Assembly: GCA_964484655.1 (NCBI GenBank)
Contig: CAZAFA010000003.1
Span: 28,147 to 92,146 of the forward strand
Direction: 5' to 3'
Source: an uncultured Candidatus Saccharibacteria bacterium
Lineage (GTDB): Bacteria; Patescibacteriota; Minisyncoccia; UBA6257; 2-01-FULL-56-20
DNA: 64,000 nucleotides
Both the position numbers and the translations under genes were made by a program. Below the pieces are notes generated by a model. It saw only the letters and a list, made by a program, of their open reading frames with translations, did no database searches and had not been told where the DNA came from. Below are positions 36,928 through 45,914 of the stretch, piece by piece; position 1 is the first letter of the stretch, and each line of letters begins with the position of its first letter.

Positions 36928-36970
36928 GGGAATATCATACCACAGCGGATATGCGATCCGCTGGGGATTA

Positions 36971-37798
36971 CTAGAGCGCGACCCAGACGTAGCTCGAGCT
37001 TGCGTTCCGCAGGCACGCCTCAATCGAGTCGCTCCCCGCTCCGGCCTGGGTCACCCAGAGCATGCCGCGGATGCTGCTGGTACAGCTCGGCTTCCCGGAA
37101 GCGGTGTTCAGGCGCACGCCGCCGTCCACCTCGAGCTTCGCGTTCGGGCTCGCCGAGCCGATGCCTACATTGCCCGAGGAGAAGTAGATGACGTCGTTGA
37201 TGTTGCTCCAGAGCTGTCCGCTCGCGCCGAGCTTGTACGCGTTGCTCGAGCTCGGGAGGACGTCCGCGTCGAAGCTCGCGGCGGAGACGCGCGTCACGAG
37301 GACGTCCAGGAAGCGCGCGACCTGGCGCGTCGTCGCCTGCGCGTTGCTGATCGTGAGGTTGACGCTGAGCGCGTCCTTGCCGCCCGGGTTGCTCCTCTTG
37401 GTGAACGTCGCGTTCGCGACGGTGACCGCGTCGGTGGTCAGCGCCTGCGCGGCGTCATTCCCCTGCTTCAGCCATACCTTGCTGTCGCTGACCCAGATGC
37501 TCGTCGGGTCCACCGACGAGCTCGCCATGCGCAGCATGACGCCCGAGGAAGCGACGGCGGACGTCCCCTCGATGTAGCTGCTCTGCTCGACGAGGCGCTG
37601 CACCTGCGCGAGCACGAAGTCGCTCTGCTGGTTCACCTCGTTGCTCGCGCTCTGCTTTGCCTGCACGCGGACGACCGCGACGAGGATCGAGATGAAGGAG
37701 ATGCTCACGAGCGCGAAGATCGCCGCGAACAGCAGCAGCTCGATCGTCGAGAATCCCTTTCGCGAGACGGTACGCTTCATGCCGGAAGTATACCGCAT
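36971..37798 (-). CDS. Type IV pilin or pseudopilin-like protein
   Basis: Class III leader with KG|FSTIELLLFAAIFALVSISF (prepilin peptidase site, E+5) and a C-terminal disulfide loop C-x22-C. The start is ATG at 37798 or 37780. Confidence 0.7.
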   Translation of the reverse strand: MRYTSGMKRTVSRKGFSTIELLLFAAIFALVSISFISILVAVVRVQAKQSASNEVNQQSDFVLAQVQRLVEQSSYIEGTSAVASSGVMLRMASSSVDPTSIWVSDSKVWLKQGNDAAQALTTDAVTVANATFTKRSNPGGKDALSVNLTISNAQATTRQVARFLDVLVTRVSAASFDADVLPSSSNAYKLGASGQLWSNINDVIYFSSGNVGIGSASPNAKLEVDGGVRLNTASGKPSCTSSIRGMLWVTQAGAGSDSIEACLRNASSSYVWVAL

Positions 37799-37806
37799 CC
37801 GCTCCC

Positions 37807-39356
37807 CTAGCTGCTCGCGGCGCCTCGCGTCTTCGGCGTCACCCAGAAGCCGAGCCGGAACCGGCCGCCGAGCGCGAGACGCGTCTGCGCCTCCAAGCCT
37901 GGGAAAGCGCCGAAGACGATCAGCGAGAGCGGGAGGAGGAGCCACTGCAGCACGAACCACGCGTACTGCCGCTTCCTGAAGTTGGCTGGACGCGGCGGAA
38001 GGAGCGTGATCGCCATGATCGCCGACGAGACGATCGTCACCATGGAGAGGGTGATGACGAAACGCGTGATGCGCGGGAGGTTGTACGAGAGGAGCGTGTT
38101 GTTGAACGCCTCACCGCCGAGCATGAGCGGGAGCCAGCCGAGCACGAAGATCATGATGCTGTTGGTCGCCCAAGAGTGGAATCCCTCGAGGCCGGAGAAG
38201 GTCCAATAGAGCTTCTTGCGCAGCGCGATGCGCTTGTTCTCGATGAATCCCTCGAGCATGTACGGCATGTTCTCGACGCCCCAGCCCCAGCGGCGCTGCT
38301 GCTTGTAGAGGTTGATCATGGTCTTCCAGAAGCTCGGGACGACGTTCGCGTCCATGTACACCGGGAAGTGGAGCGGTACCACCGAGAAGTCGCCGTCGTA
38401 GCGGAAGAACGCCTGCCAGAAGATGCGCGAGTCCTCTGAGACGACGTCCTTGTGCCAGTACCCGACGTCCATGAGGAGCCGCAGCGGGACCGCCTGCGAC
38501 GAGAAGGTCGTCAGGCGCTCCGGCCGGGACTGCTGCATCATCTGCCAGAACGTGCAGCTCCAGGCGATGACGCGCCCGAGCGCTGGCGTCTCGTACACGT
38601 TGTTGGTGAAGAACGGCACCGGCTGATAGATCTTCCGGAGCGGGTCGGGCGAGGTGAGGTAGGCGTGCGCGACGCGGCCGAAGTATCCGTTCGGGATCTG
38701 CGTGTCCACGTCGAAGACGGAGACGATGACGCGACGGGGGTCGACGCCCTTCTCGGTGATGAGCTTCGGCACCGCGATCGCCCCGGCGTACGCCTCGTTG
38801 CTCCCCTTCCCCTGGATCTCGCCAGGCAGGCCGTCCGGATGGACGGTGACGAGGAACGAGCCGAAGCGCGACCCGAACTCCTCCTCGATCAGACGCGCGG
38901 TCTCGAGCGGCGCGTCGCCTGCGCGCTCCTCGAGCGCGAGCACGACGTCGAACGACTCGAGCGGATAGCGCGCCTGCGTCAGGGAACGGAAGCTCTCGCG
39001 CACGAGCTCGTACGGCTCGGTGTACATCGGCAGCATGATGAGATGCCGGATATCGCGCCACGAGCCGATTCCCTCGACGGTGAGATCGTCCGGTTTGAGC
39101 TCGTCGAGCCGCGCTTCCCAGTCCACGTCGAGGTTCGCGCGCAGCTTCTTGTAGGTGGACCGGAGGTGGAACGCGAGGAAGACGGACTTCAGGAGCCAGT
39201 ACGTATCGAAGAGGATGATGAAGATGGCGGCCCAGACCGGCACGAGCCATGAGGCGAGGACCATGCCGACGAGTGTCGCCCAGGCGAGGATCGCCGGCAC
39301 TGTCTCGAAGAACCGCATGCGGCGGCTCTTCCTGGCGGGATACGCGTCGGCGTCCA
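37807..39356 (-). CDS. Processive family-2 glycosyltransferase (cellulose/chitin/NodC-type synthase-like). Integral membrane.
   Basis: ORF 37807..39651 trimmed to MDADAYP. Motifs VFDVDTQ (DxD) and QQRRWGWG (QxxRW). N- and C-terminal TM bundles. Confidence 0.65.
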
Positions 39357-39450
39357 TCTGATGCAATGGTAGCGCGCAGGGCGCTTGAAGCCTGGGGATA
39401 CTACGCCCGGCTTCACGGAGCGGCAAGGTGGCCATGCTATCCTCCTTTAT

Positions 39451-39804
39451 ATGAAGGACATACCGCCCATCGTATTCATAGCCGGAGCTGTCGTGCTCGG
39501 AGTCGTCGCCCTGGCCCTCCTCATCTTCTTCCGGCCGCGGACGGCGGTCGTGCAGACGCCGGCTCAACCCGGACTCCCCACGCAGACCCAGGGCGTCCTG
39601 AAGGGCTTCGACAGCTACAACCTGCCCGGATCTCCCGAGGGCATCTCCCAACCGAACACGACCCGTCTACCCGGGAAGCCTGCGCCGACCACGCAGCCGC
39701 AGGAACCGACATACTGCACGCAGGACGCGATGCTCTGCCCGGACGGCAGCTACGTCGGCCGCGTGCCGCCGAGCTGCCAGTTCGCGGCGTGCCCGGGGAG
39801 CTAG
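39451..39804 (+). CDS. Small membrane-anchored, Pro/Thr/Gln-rich protein with a C-terminal 4-Cys module
   Basis: ORF 39385..39804 trimmed to MKDIPPIVFIAGAVVLGVVALALLIFF. Ends with ...YCTQDAMLCPDGSYVGRVPPSCQFAACPGS. Confidence 0.45.
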   Translation: MKDIPPIVFIAGAVVLGVVALALLIFFRPRTAVVQTPAQPGLPTQTQGVLKGFDSYNLPGSPEGISQPNTTRLPGKPAPTTQPQEPTYCTQDAMLCPDGSYVGRVPPSCQFAACPGS

Positions 39805-39862
39805 CGTGTAAAAAATAAGCTCAGAAATTATTTGAGGGCATCATGCGATGCCCTCAAATACT

Positions 39863-40249
39863 TCATAGCGTCTCTTTTTCGGTTCCAAAGAATCTATGTA
39901 TAACCTCGTCGAAAGTATCGGCTCCTCCCGGCAGATGTTCCCTGACCGCCCAGGCGAAACCGACGAAGCCATTTCGAAACTTATTGCCGATGTATTCATC
40001 AGCAAGATCGGGATACAGATCCAGCTTGAAGATCGCGCTGAATGACCGAAGCATGACCTCTATTCCGCTCGCATACGGATTGCTCCGTATGAGGCAGGAC
40101 GCCTTGTGTTGGGCAGCATCGAGCATGGCTGCGACAACGTCGTCCTCGGTCATTCCGGCTGATTTTTTCTCTACAACCTCCAAGATTGCGGTTCGTAATT
40201 CCGATATCTTCTTTTCTCTCTCTTTCTGCTTTGCAGAAAAATTTCCCAT
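39863..40249 (-). CDS. Hypothetical protein (128 aa) in a low-GC islet
   Basis: ORF MGNFSAKQKEREKKISELRTAILEVV... Local GC is about 45% against about 67% background. Confidence 0.45.
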   Translation of the reverse strand: MGNFSAKQKEREKKISELRTAILEVVEKKSAGMTEDDVVAAMLDAAQHKASCLIRSNPYASGIEVMLRSFSAIFKLDLYPDLADEYIGNKFRNGFVGFAWAVREHLPGGADTFDEVIHRFFGTEKETL

Positions 40250-40347
40250 ATCCTATCTCCTTAGTTTCTAAATTGAGTGATAACACTCTTGCCGAATACA
40301 TTATACAACAAATTATGGAATTAGCAATATATCGCGTCCTTCCTCTC

Positions 40348-40425
40348 TGGTAGCCCCAACGGGATTCGAACCCGTGTTTTCGCCGTGAAAGGGCGACGTC
40401 CTGGACCGGGCTAGACGATAGGGCC
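40348..40425 (-). tRNA. trnE: tRNA-Glu (anticodon UUC), 3'-CCA encoded
   Basis: GGCCCTATCGTCTAGCCCGGTCCAGGACGTCGCCCTTTCACGGCGAAAACACGGGTTCGAATCCCGTTGGGGCTACCA closely resembles canonical bacterial tRNA-Glu. Confidence 0.75.
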
Positions 40426-40491
40426 GTATAGCGAAGGCAGTGTAGCCGAGCGCTCCCCTGCTCTCAACGCCTTTATATAAGGAGAAGCTCC

Positions 40492-41550
40492 GTGCATACT
40501 CCCTCCGTGATCAGGAGGATACTCGCCATCGAGACCAGCTTCGACGAGACGGGCATCGCCCTCGTCGAGCAGTCCGGCACCAAGGAGGCGCCGCGCTTCA
40601 AGGTGCTGCGCAACGCGCTCGCCACGCAGATCGAGAAGCACCGCCCCGCGGGCGGCGTCATCCCCAACCTCGCACGCAACGAGCATCTGAAGAACTTCCC
40701 CGTGATGCTCGCGCTCGCGGGCGGCGACGAGCCCGGATTCTGGGACGAGGTAGACATGATCGCAGTCACGGTATGCCCCGGCCTCGAGCCCGCGCTCTGG
40801 GTCGGCATCGAGGCCGCGAAGGCGCTCGCCGCTGAGAAGGGCAAGCCGCTCATGGGCGTGCACCACATGCAGGGACACCTCTACAGCCCGCTCATGGAGA
40901 TGCCCGAGGACGATTCGGTGCCGGCGCCGAGCGCGGGCATCCGCTTCCCCGCGATCGCGCTCGTCGTCTCCGGCGCGCATACCATGCTGCTTCACATGCC
41001 GGACCTGCATTCGTGGCAGCTGCTGGGCGAGACGCGCGACGACGCAGTCGGCGAAGCGTACGACAAGGTCGCGCGCATGCTCGGCCTCAGCTATCCCGGC
41101 GGGCCGGAGATCCAGAAGCTGGCGCAGGACGGCGACCCGCACGCTATCGCCTTCCCCCGACCCATGGTCCACGAGAAGAACTGGGACTTCAGCTTCTCGG
41201 GACTCAAGACCGCCGTGCTCTACCACCTCCGCAATAACCCGGCAGCGCCGAAGGCGGACGTTGCCGCATCCTTCCAGGAGGCGGCCGTCGACGTGCTCGC
41301 GACGAAGCTCTTCCGCGCCGCGGACGAGTTCGCCGCGCCGAGCATCCTGCTCGCGGGCGGCGTCGCCGCGAACGCGGCGCTCCGCGCGCGGCTGCAGGCG
41401 GGCGCCGACGAGCGCGGCATCGCCTTCCTCATGCCGCCGATGGCGTACAACACCGATAACGCGGCCATGATCGCGGTCGCCGCGCACATGGCGCTCTTGC
41501 GGGGCGCCGACCCGCTCCCGCTCGAGGCGCGCGGACGCGTACCGATGTGA
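40492..41550 (+). CDS. tsaD: tRNA N6-adenosine threonylcarbamoyltransferase TsaD (Kae1/YgjD family)
   Basis: GTG start after AAGGAG. ...ILAIETSFDETG..., HMQGHLYS, and the GGVAAN C-terminal region. Confidence 0.8.
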   Translation: MHTPSVIRRILAIETSFDETGIALVEQSGTKEAPRFKVLRNALATQIEKHRPAGGVIPNLARNEHLKNFPVMLALAGGDEPGFWDEVDMIAVTVCPGLEPALWVGIEAAKALAAEKGKPLMGVHHMQGHLYSPLMEMPEDDSVPAPSAGIRFPAIALVVSGAHTMLLHMPDLHSWQLLGETRDDAVGEAYDKVARMLGLSYPGGPEIQKLAQDGDPHAIAFPRPMVHEKNWDFSFSGLKTAVLYHLRNNPAAPKADVAASFQEAAVDVLATKLFRAADEFAAPSILLAGGVAANAALRARLQAGADERGIAFLMPPMAYNTDNAAMIAVAAHMALLRGADPLPLEARGRVPM

Positions 41551-41552
41551 CG

Positions 41553-41583
41553 AGAGGCGCTCCGCAGGAGCGCCTCTTCTTTA
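41553..41583. terminator. Hairpin AGAGGCGCUCC-GCA-GGAGCGCCUCU plus T-tract after tsaD. Bidirectional, also abuts the minus-strand gene end.
   Basis: Perfect 11-bp stem followed by TCTTT. Confidence 0.5.
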
Positions 41584-41886
41584 GTGGTTGCCGTTGTACA
41601 CGGGCTCGGGCAGCTGCCCGGAACGGATGCGCCTGAGCGTCTTCCACGCCGTATCGGCGAACTGCTTGATCGTCTCGATCGCGAGCGGCTTGCCGCCGTC
41701 GTGCTCGAGGGCGGGATTGATCATGTCGCGCGCGCCCCGCGCGGCGACGTCGATCTCGATGTCGCTCGGCGGGACGTCCAGCCGCAATCCTGATCCGGCG
41801 CTCAGCCGCACCTGCTCGAGCGTCAGCGCGAGCACTGACACGATGCTCGTCACGACCGTCGCCCTGTTCTTGATGATGTCCGTCAT
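41581..41886 (-). CDS. Hypothetical small protein (101 aa)
   Basis: ORF MTDIIKNRATVVTSIVSVLALTLEQVRL... No confident family. Confidence 0.4.
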   Translation of the reverse strand: MTDIIKNRATVVTSIVSVLALTLEQVRLSAGSGLRLDVPPSDIEIDVAARGARDMINPALEHDGGKPLAIETIKQFADTAWKTLRRIRSGQLPEPVYNGNH

Positions 41887-41995
41887 ATGCGGTTTTCGCC
41901 TCCTGGCGGCAGGAGAACATACGGGAGCCGGTTTGTAAACGGAGCCTTATCCGGCACGAGTAGCTGAAGCCCCCGAAAGGCCTATAATTCCGCCT

Positions 41996-44164
41996 ATGGA
42001 GCCCCGCTTCGACCACGATACGGAGGAGTCCCGGCTCTACGCGGCCTGGGAAGCCGCCGGATGCTTCACCCCCGAGCGCAACGTGGCCTCGGGCCTCGCG
42101 CAGAAGGACAGCAAGGCGTTCTCGATCGTGCTGCCGCCGCCGAACGTGACCGGCACGCTCCACACCGGCCACGCGATGATGCTCGCCGTCGAGGACATCC
42201 TGGTGCGCTATCACCGCATGAAGGGCGACCGCACCCTCTGGATCCCGGGAACCGACCATGCGGCCATCGCGACGCAGGAGAAGGTGGAGAAGGAGCTGTA
42301 CAAGTCTGAGAAGCTCACGCGCCACGACCTCGGCCGCGAGGTGTTCCTCAAGCGCGTCGAGGAGTTCGCCCAGGAAAGCCACGACACCATCGCGGACCAG
42401 ATCCGCGCCATGGGCGCGTCCGTGGACTGGACGCGCGAGGCGTACACACTCGACGCGACGCGCAACCGCGCGGTCGTGGAGATGTTCTGCCGCATGCACG
42501 AGGACGGCCTCATCTACCGCGGCGCGCGCATCGTCAACTGGGACCCGAAGATGCAGACCACCGTCTCCGACGAGGAGATCGAATGGGTCGAGGAGAAGGC
42601 ACCCCTCTACTACCTCCAGTACGGCCCCTTCGAGATCGCCACGGCGCGGCCGGAGACCAAGTTCGGCGACAAGTACGTGGTGGTCCATCCGGACGACCCG
42701 CGGTACGCGCAGTACGCGGACCGGCAGACCTTCGAGCTCGAGTGGATCAACGGCCCGGTGACGGCGACCCTCGTTAAGGATCCGGTCATCGACATGGAAT
42801 TCGGCACCGGCGCCATGACGATCACGCCGTGGCACGACGCGGTGGACTTCGAGATCGCGGAGCGACACGGCCTCGACAAGGAGCAGATCATCGACGAGTA
42901 CGGGAAGCTCCGGGAGGTCGCGGGCGACCTCGCCGGCATGAAGATCGGCCCGGCGCGCGAGGCGGTGGTCGAGAAGCTGCGCGCGAAGGGGCTCGTCACG
43001 CGCGTCGACGAGGACTACGTGCATCGCACCGCGCGCAGCAGCCGCGGCGGCGGCAAGATCGAGCCGCAGATCAAGGAGCAGTGGTTCGTCGCGGTGCACG
43101 AGCCGTTCCTCCTGCGCCAGAGCGTCATCGACGGCGTGCCGCCCGGGAGCGAGGTCACGCTCGCGCAGCTGATGGAGCACGTGGTCGAGCGCGGACTGGT
43201 GGAGATCATCCCCGAGTACGCCGCGAAGACGTACTTCCACTGGATCCGCAACCTCCGCGACTGGTGCATCAGCCGCCAGATCTGGTACGGGCACCGCATC
43301 CCCGCCTGGTACCGGGACGGCAAGACGTACGTCGGCCGCACCGCTCCCGAAGGAGACGGCTGGTCGCAGGATCCGGACACGCTCGACACCTGGTTCTCGT
43401 CGGGCATGTGGACGTTCTCGACGCTCGGATGGCCGGAGGACACCGAGGACCTGCGGACCTACCACCCGACCGCGGTCCTCGAGACCGGCACCGACATCCT
43501 CTTCTTCTGGGTGGCGCGCATGATCCTCATGAGCACGTACGCCCTCGGCGACGTCCCCTTCCGCACGGCCTACCTGCACGGCCTCGTCCTCGACGCGAAG
43601 GGGCAGAAGATGAGCAAGTCGAAGAACAACGGCATCGACCCGCGCGACATGATCGAGCTCTACGGCGCCGATGCGCTCCGCATGGCGCTTGTCGTCGGCG
43701 TGACGCCTGGGAGCGAGCAGCGCCTGACCGAGGACAAGATCCGCGGCTACCGGAACTTCACGACCAAGGTATGGAACCTGGGGCGCTTCGTCCTGAGCAG
43801 CAAGCCGGACGGCTTCGAGGCCTCGTCGGTGGCTCTCACCGAGGCCGACGAGGCGAGGATCGCCGAGGCTCGCGCGATGCGGGACGAGATCGCGCAGCAC
43901 CTGGACCGCTTCGAGCTGCATCTCGCGGGCGAGAAGGCGTACCACTACGTCTGGCACACCTTCGCGGACAAGGTCGTCGAGGAAGCCAAGCCGCGCCTGC
44001 GCGGCGACGATCCCGCGGACGCGGCGGCGGCCTGGGCGATGCTCGAGGAGGTGCTCGAGACCTGCCTCGGATTCCTGCATCCGTTCATGCCCTTCGTCAC
44101 CGAGCAGGTGCACCAGCACGTCCGCGACGGCGGCTGGCTCATGACACGCCGCTGGAACGCATGA
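41996..44164 (+). CDS. valS: Valyl-tRNA synthetase (short form, 722 aa, no C-terminal coiled coil)
   Basis: PPPNVTGTLHTGHA (HIGH), KMSKS, and the editing CP1 region. TATAAT 6 nt upstream of the ATG. Confidence 0.85.
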   Translation: MEPRFDHDTEESRLYAAWEAAGCFTPERNVASGLAQKDSKAFSIVLPPPNVTGTLHTGHAMMLAVEDILVRYHRMKGDRTLWIPGTDHAAIATQEKVEKELYKSEKLTRHDLGREVFLKRVEEFAQESHDTIADQIRAMGASVDWTREAYTLDATRNRAVVEMFCRMHEDGLIYRGARIVNWDPKMQTTVSDEEIEWVEEKAPLYYLQYGPFEIATARPETKFGDKYVVVHPDDPRYAQYADRQTFELEWINGPVTATLVKDPVIDMEFGTGAMTITPWHDAVDFEIAERHGLDKEQIIDEYGKLREVAGDLAGMKIGPAREAVVEKLRAKGLVTRVDEDYVHRTARSSRGGGKIEPQIKEQWFVAVHEPFLLRQSVIDGVPPGSEVTLAQLMEHVVERGLVEIIPEYAAKTYFHWIRNLRDWCISRQIWYGHRIPAWYRDGKTYVGRTAPEGDGWSQDPDTLDTWFSSGMWTFSTLGWPEDTEDLRTYHPTAVLETGTDILFFWVARMILMSTYALGDVPFRTAYLHGLVLDAKGQKMSKSKNNGIDPRDMIELYGADALRMALVVGVTPGSEQRLTEDKIRGYRNFTTKVWNLGRFVLSSKPDGFEASSVALTEADEARIAEARAMRDEIAQHLDRFELHLAGEKAYHYVWHTFADKVVEEAKPRLRGDDPADAAAAWAMLEEVLETCLGFLHPFMPFVTEQVHQHVRDGGWLMTRRWNA

Positions 44165-44874
44165 GCCTCCTCTCGGTAGCCATCGGCCTCCTGCCCGGCA
44201 TGACCTGGCTCCTGTTCTACCTCCGCGAGGACGGCAAGCGCGAGCCGTTCTTCGCCATCGTAAGAGTCTTCGTCGCCGGCGCGGTCGCCGCGTTCGCCGG
44301 GCTCGCCGTCCAGCTCCTGATCCGCGGGCAGCTCGCCGGAGACAACCTGGGCATAGCGAGCAGCGGTCACACGTTCCTGTACGCGAGCATCGAGGAGATC
44401 GTGAAATTCGGCGCGGCGTTCCTCGCGATCCGCTACTCGCGGGCGCTCGACGAGCCGGTCGACGCCATCTTCTATCCGATCGTCGCGGCGCTCGGGTTCG
44501 CCAGCGTGGAGAACATCTCGGTCGCGTACACCCTCATCGCAGGCGGCTCGATCTCTGGCGCGTTCGAGGTCATCACGCTCCGATTCGTAGGCGCGACGTT
44601 CATCCATACGGTCGCGAGCGGCACCGCCGGCTTCTTCTGGGGACACTCCCTCATGCGTTACGGCAACTCGCTCCTCGCGCTCGTCGGCCTCGTCGTCGCT
44701 TCCGCGTTGCACGGCACGTTCAACCTTCTTATACTTTGGTACGGAAACACCGTGTACACGTTCGCGTTCCTCGCCGGCGCCGTGATGCTCGTCCTGTACG
44801 ACTTCCGCGAGATCCGCAGCGAGGAACGCAAGCTCGGTCTCCTGCCACCGCTCACCACCTCCCGTGTCCGATAA
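44161..44874 (+). CDS. PrsW-family intramembrane protease-like protein
   Basis: Start overlaps the valS stop (ATGA). Motifs SIEEIVKFG (EExxK), FASVEN, FIHTVAS, HGTFN in TM helices. Confidence 0.55.
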   Translation: MSLLSVAIGLLPGMTWLLFYLREDGKREPFFAIVRVFVAGAVAAFAGLAVQLLIRGQLAGDNLGIASSGHTFLYASIEEIVKFGAAFLAIRYSRALDEPVDAIFYPIVAALGFASVENISVAYTLIAGGSISGAFEVITLRFVGATFIHTVASGTAGFFWGHSLMRYGNSLLALVGLVVASALHGTFNLLILWYGNTVYTFAFLAGAVMLVLYDFREIRSEERKLGLLPPLTTSRVR

Positions 44875-45430
44875 CCTCTTCCCTTACACCGTGAACGAAG
44901 CCGGCTACGTCGACGATCCGAACTTCCGGGAGCCTTCCTTCTTCGCGGAGCTCGCGAAGGCGAGCGACCCGGTCCCGATGCCGGTCGCCGAGCCCGCGGT
45001 CGCGCGCACCGCGACGCACGTGCACGAGCTTCCCGTCATCGAGGTGGGAGCCGGAGAGGACGAGAGCGACGACGACGAAGAGGACGAGGGCCCGGACGGA
45101 CAGCTCGCGATCGACGTCTATCAGACGCCGACGGACATCATCATCCGCGCGCCCATCGCCGGCGTCGCCAAGCCGGAGGACATCGAGATCCACATCGCCC
45201 ACGACGTCGTGACGATCCGCGGCGAGCGCAAGCCGGACGTGAAGGTAGCAGAGAGCGACTACCTCTACCAGGAATGCTACTGGGGGCGGTTCTCCCGGAG
45301 CGTGGTCCTGCCCCAGGAGGTGGACGCGGCGGCGGCGGTTGCAAATTTCTCGCGCAACGGTATCCTCTCCCTACGTCTGCCGAAGCTCGTCCGCGAGAAG
45401 GCACGCAAGGTCTCGGTCCGGTTCAGCTAA
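44864..45430 (+). CDS. Small heat-shock protein (Hsp20/alpha-crystallin family)
   Basis: GTG start. ACD region ...AIDVYQTPTDIIIRAPIAGV...IHIAHDVVTIRGERK...GRFSRSVVLP...GILSLRLPK. Confidence 0.8.
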   Translation: MSDNLFPYTVNEAGYVDDPNFREPSFFAELAKASDPVPMPVAEPAVARTATHVHELPVIEVGAGEDESDDDEEDEGPDGQLAIDVYQTPTDIIIRAPIAGVAKPEDIEIHIAHDVVTIRGERKPDVKVAESDYLYQECYWGRFSRSVVLPQEVDAAAAVANFSRNGILSLRLPKLVREKARKVSVRFS

Positions 45431-45470
45431 ATCAAGGCTTTTCCGGCCTGCCCCCTCTCTCAACACGCCA

Positions 45471-45656
45471 ATGCGCCAGTGCATGCTCTGCCTCAAGGGA
45501 TCGGTCATCCGCGGGAAGCGGCGTCTTCTGCGCGGCCACTACAACCCGGTCTCGAAGTCGCGCAAGTACCCCAACCTCCAGAAGACGAAGGTCCTCGGCA
45601 TCACGGTGAAGGCCTGCACCAAGTGCATGCGCACCCTCGCCCGGACGGACCGGTAG
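45471..45656 (+). CDS. rpmB: 50S ribosomal protein L28 (Zn-binding form)
   Basis: ORF 45339..45656 trimmed to MRQCMLCLKG...YPNLQKTKVLGITVKACTKCMRTLAR. Confidence 0.7.
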   Translation: MRQCMLCLKGSVIRGKRRLLRGHYNPVSKSRKYPNLQKTKVLGITVKACTKCMRTLARTDR

Positions 45657-45661
45657 CGAAG

Positions 45662-45735
45662 CGGGCTGTAGTATACCGGTAGTACGCATGCATGGGGTGC
45701 ATGTAGACCGGGTTCAATTCCCGGCAGCCCGACCA
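45662..45735 (+). tRNA. trnP: tRNA-Pro (anticodon GGG), 3'-CCA encoded
   Basis: CGGGCTG...CAGCCCG acceptor (C1-G72), anticodon stem CATGC/GCATG with loop AUGGGGU (G37), T-arm CCGGGTTCAATTCCCGG, ACCA end. Confidence 0.7.
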
Positions 45736-45740
45736 GGCAA

Positions 45741-45771
45741 CGCGAAAGCCGCTCATCGAGCGGCTTTCGCG
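45741..45771 (+). terminator. Perfect 14-bp hairpin CGCGAAAGCCGCUC-AUC-GAGCGGCUUUCGCG after tRNA-Pro
   Basis: Inverted repeat read directly from the sequence. Confidence 0.45.
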
Positions 45772-45894
45772 TACCCCGTAGAGATTGACCCGGCCAGAAG
45801 CCAGGTGGGAGAGCTCAGCGTACGGCCCACGGGCCGAAGCGATTCGCAATCCCCTTTCATTAGCAGTCGAGAATCTCTACGGGGCTGCCTTACC

Positions 45895-45914
45895 CTACCA
45901 TGCCGGCATGGTAG
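45895..45914 (+). promoter_or_regulatory. Perfect 20-nt palindrome CTACCATGCC|GGCATGGTAG overlapping a TAGAAT -10-like hexamer, 9 nt upstream of the ATG of the 45927 gene. Candidate operator.
   Basis: Palindrome and hexamer read directly from the sequence. Confidence 0.4.

Noticed and set aside
36364-37023. The full 219-aa ORF for the anchored beta-sandwich protein, beginning MRRACGTQARATSG...
   Set aside because: The upstream 32 codons overlap the pilin gene end and are Arg/Ser-rich. I preferred the ATG at 36927, directly before the TM helix, with low confidence.
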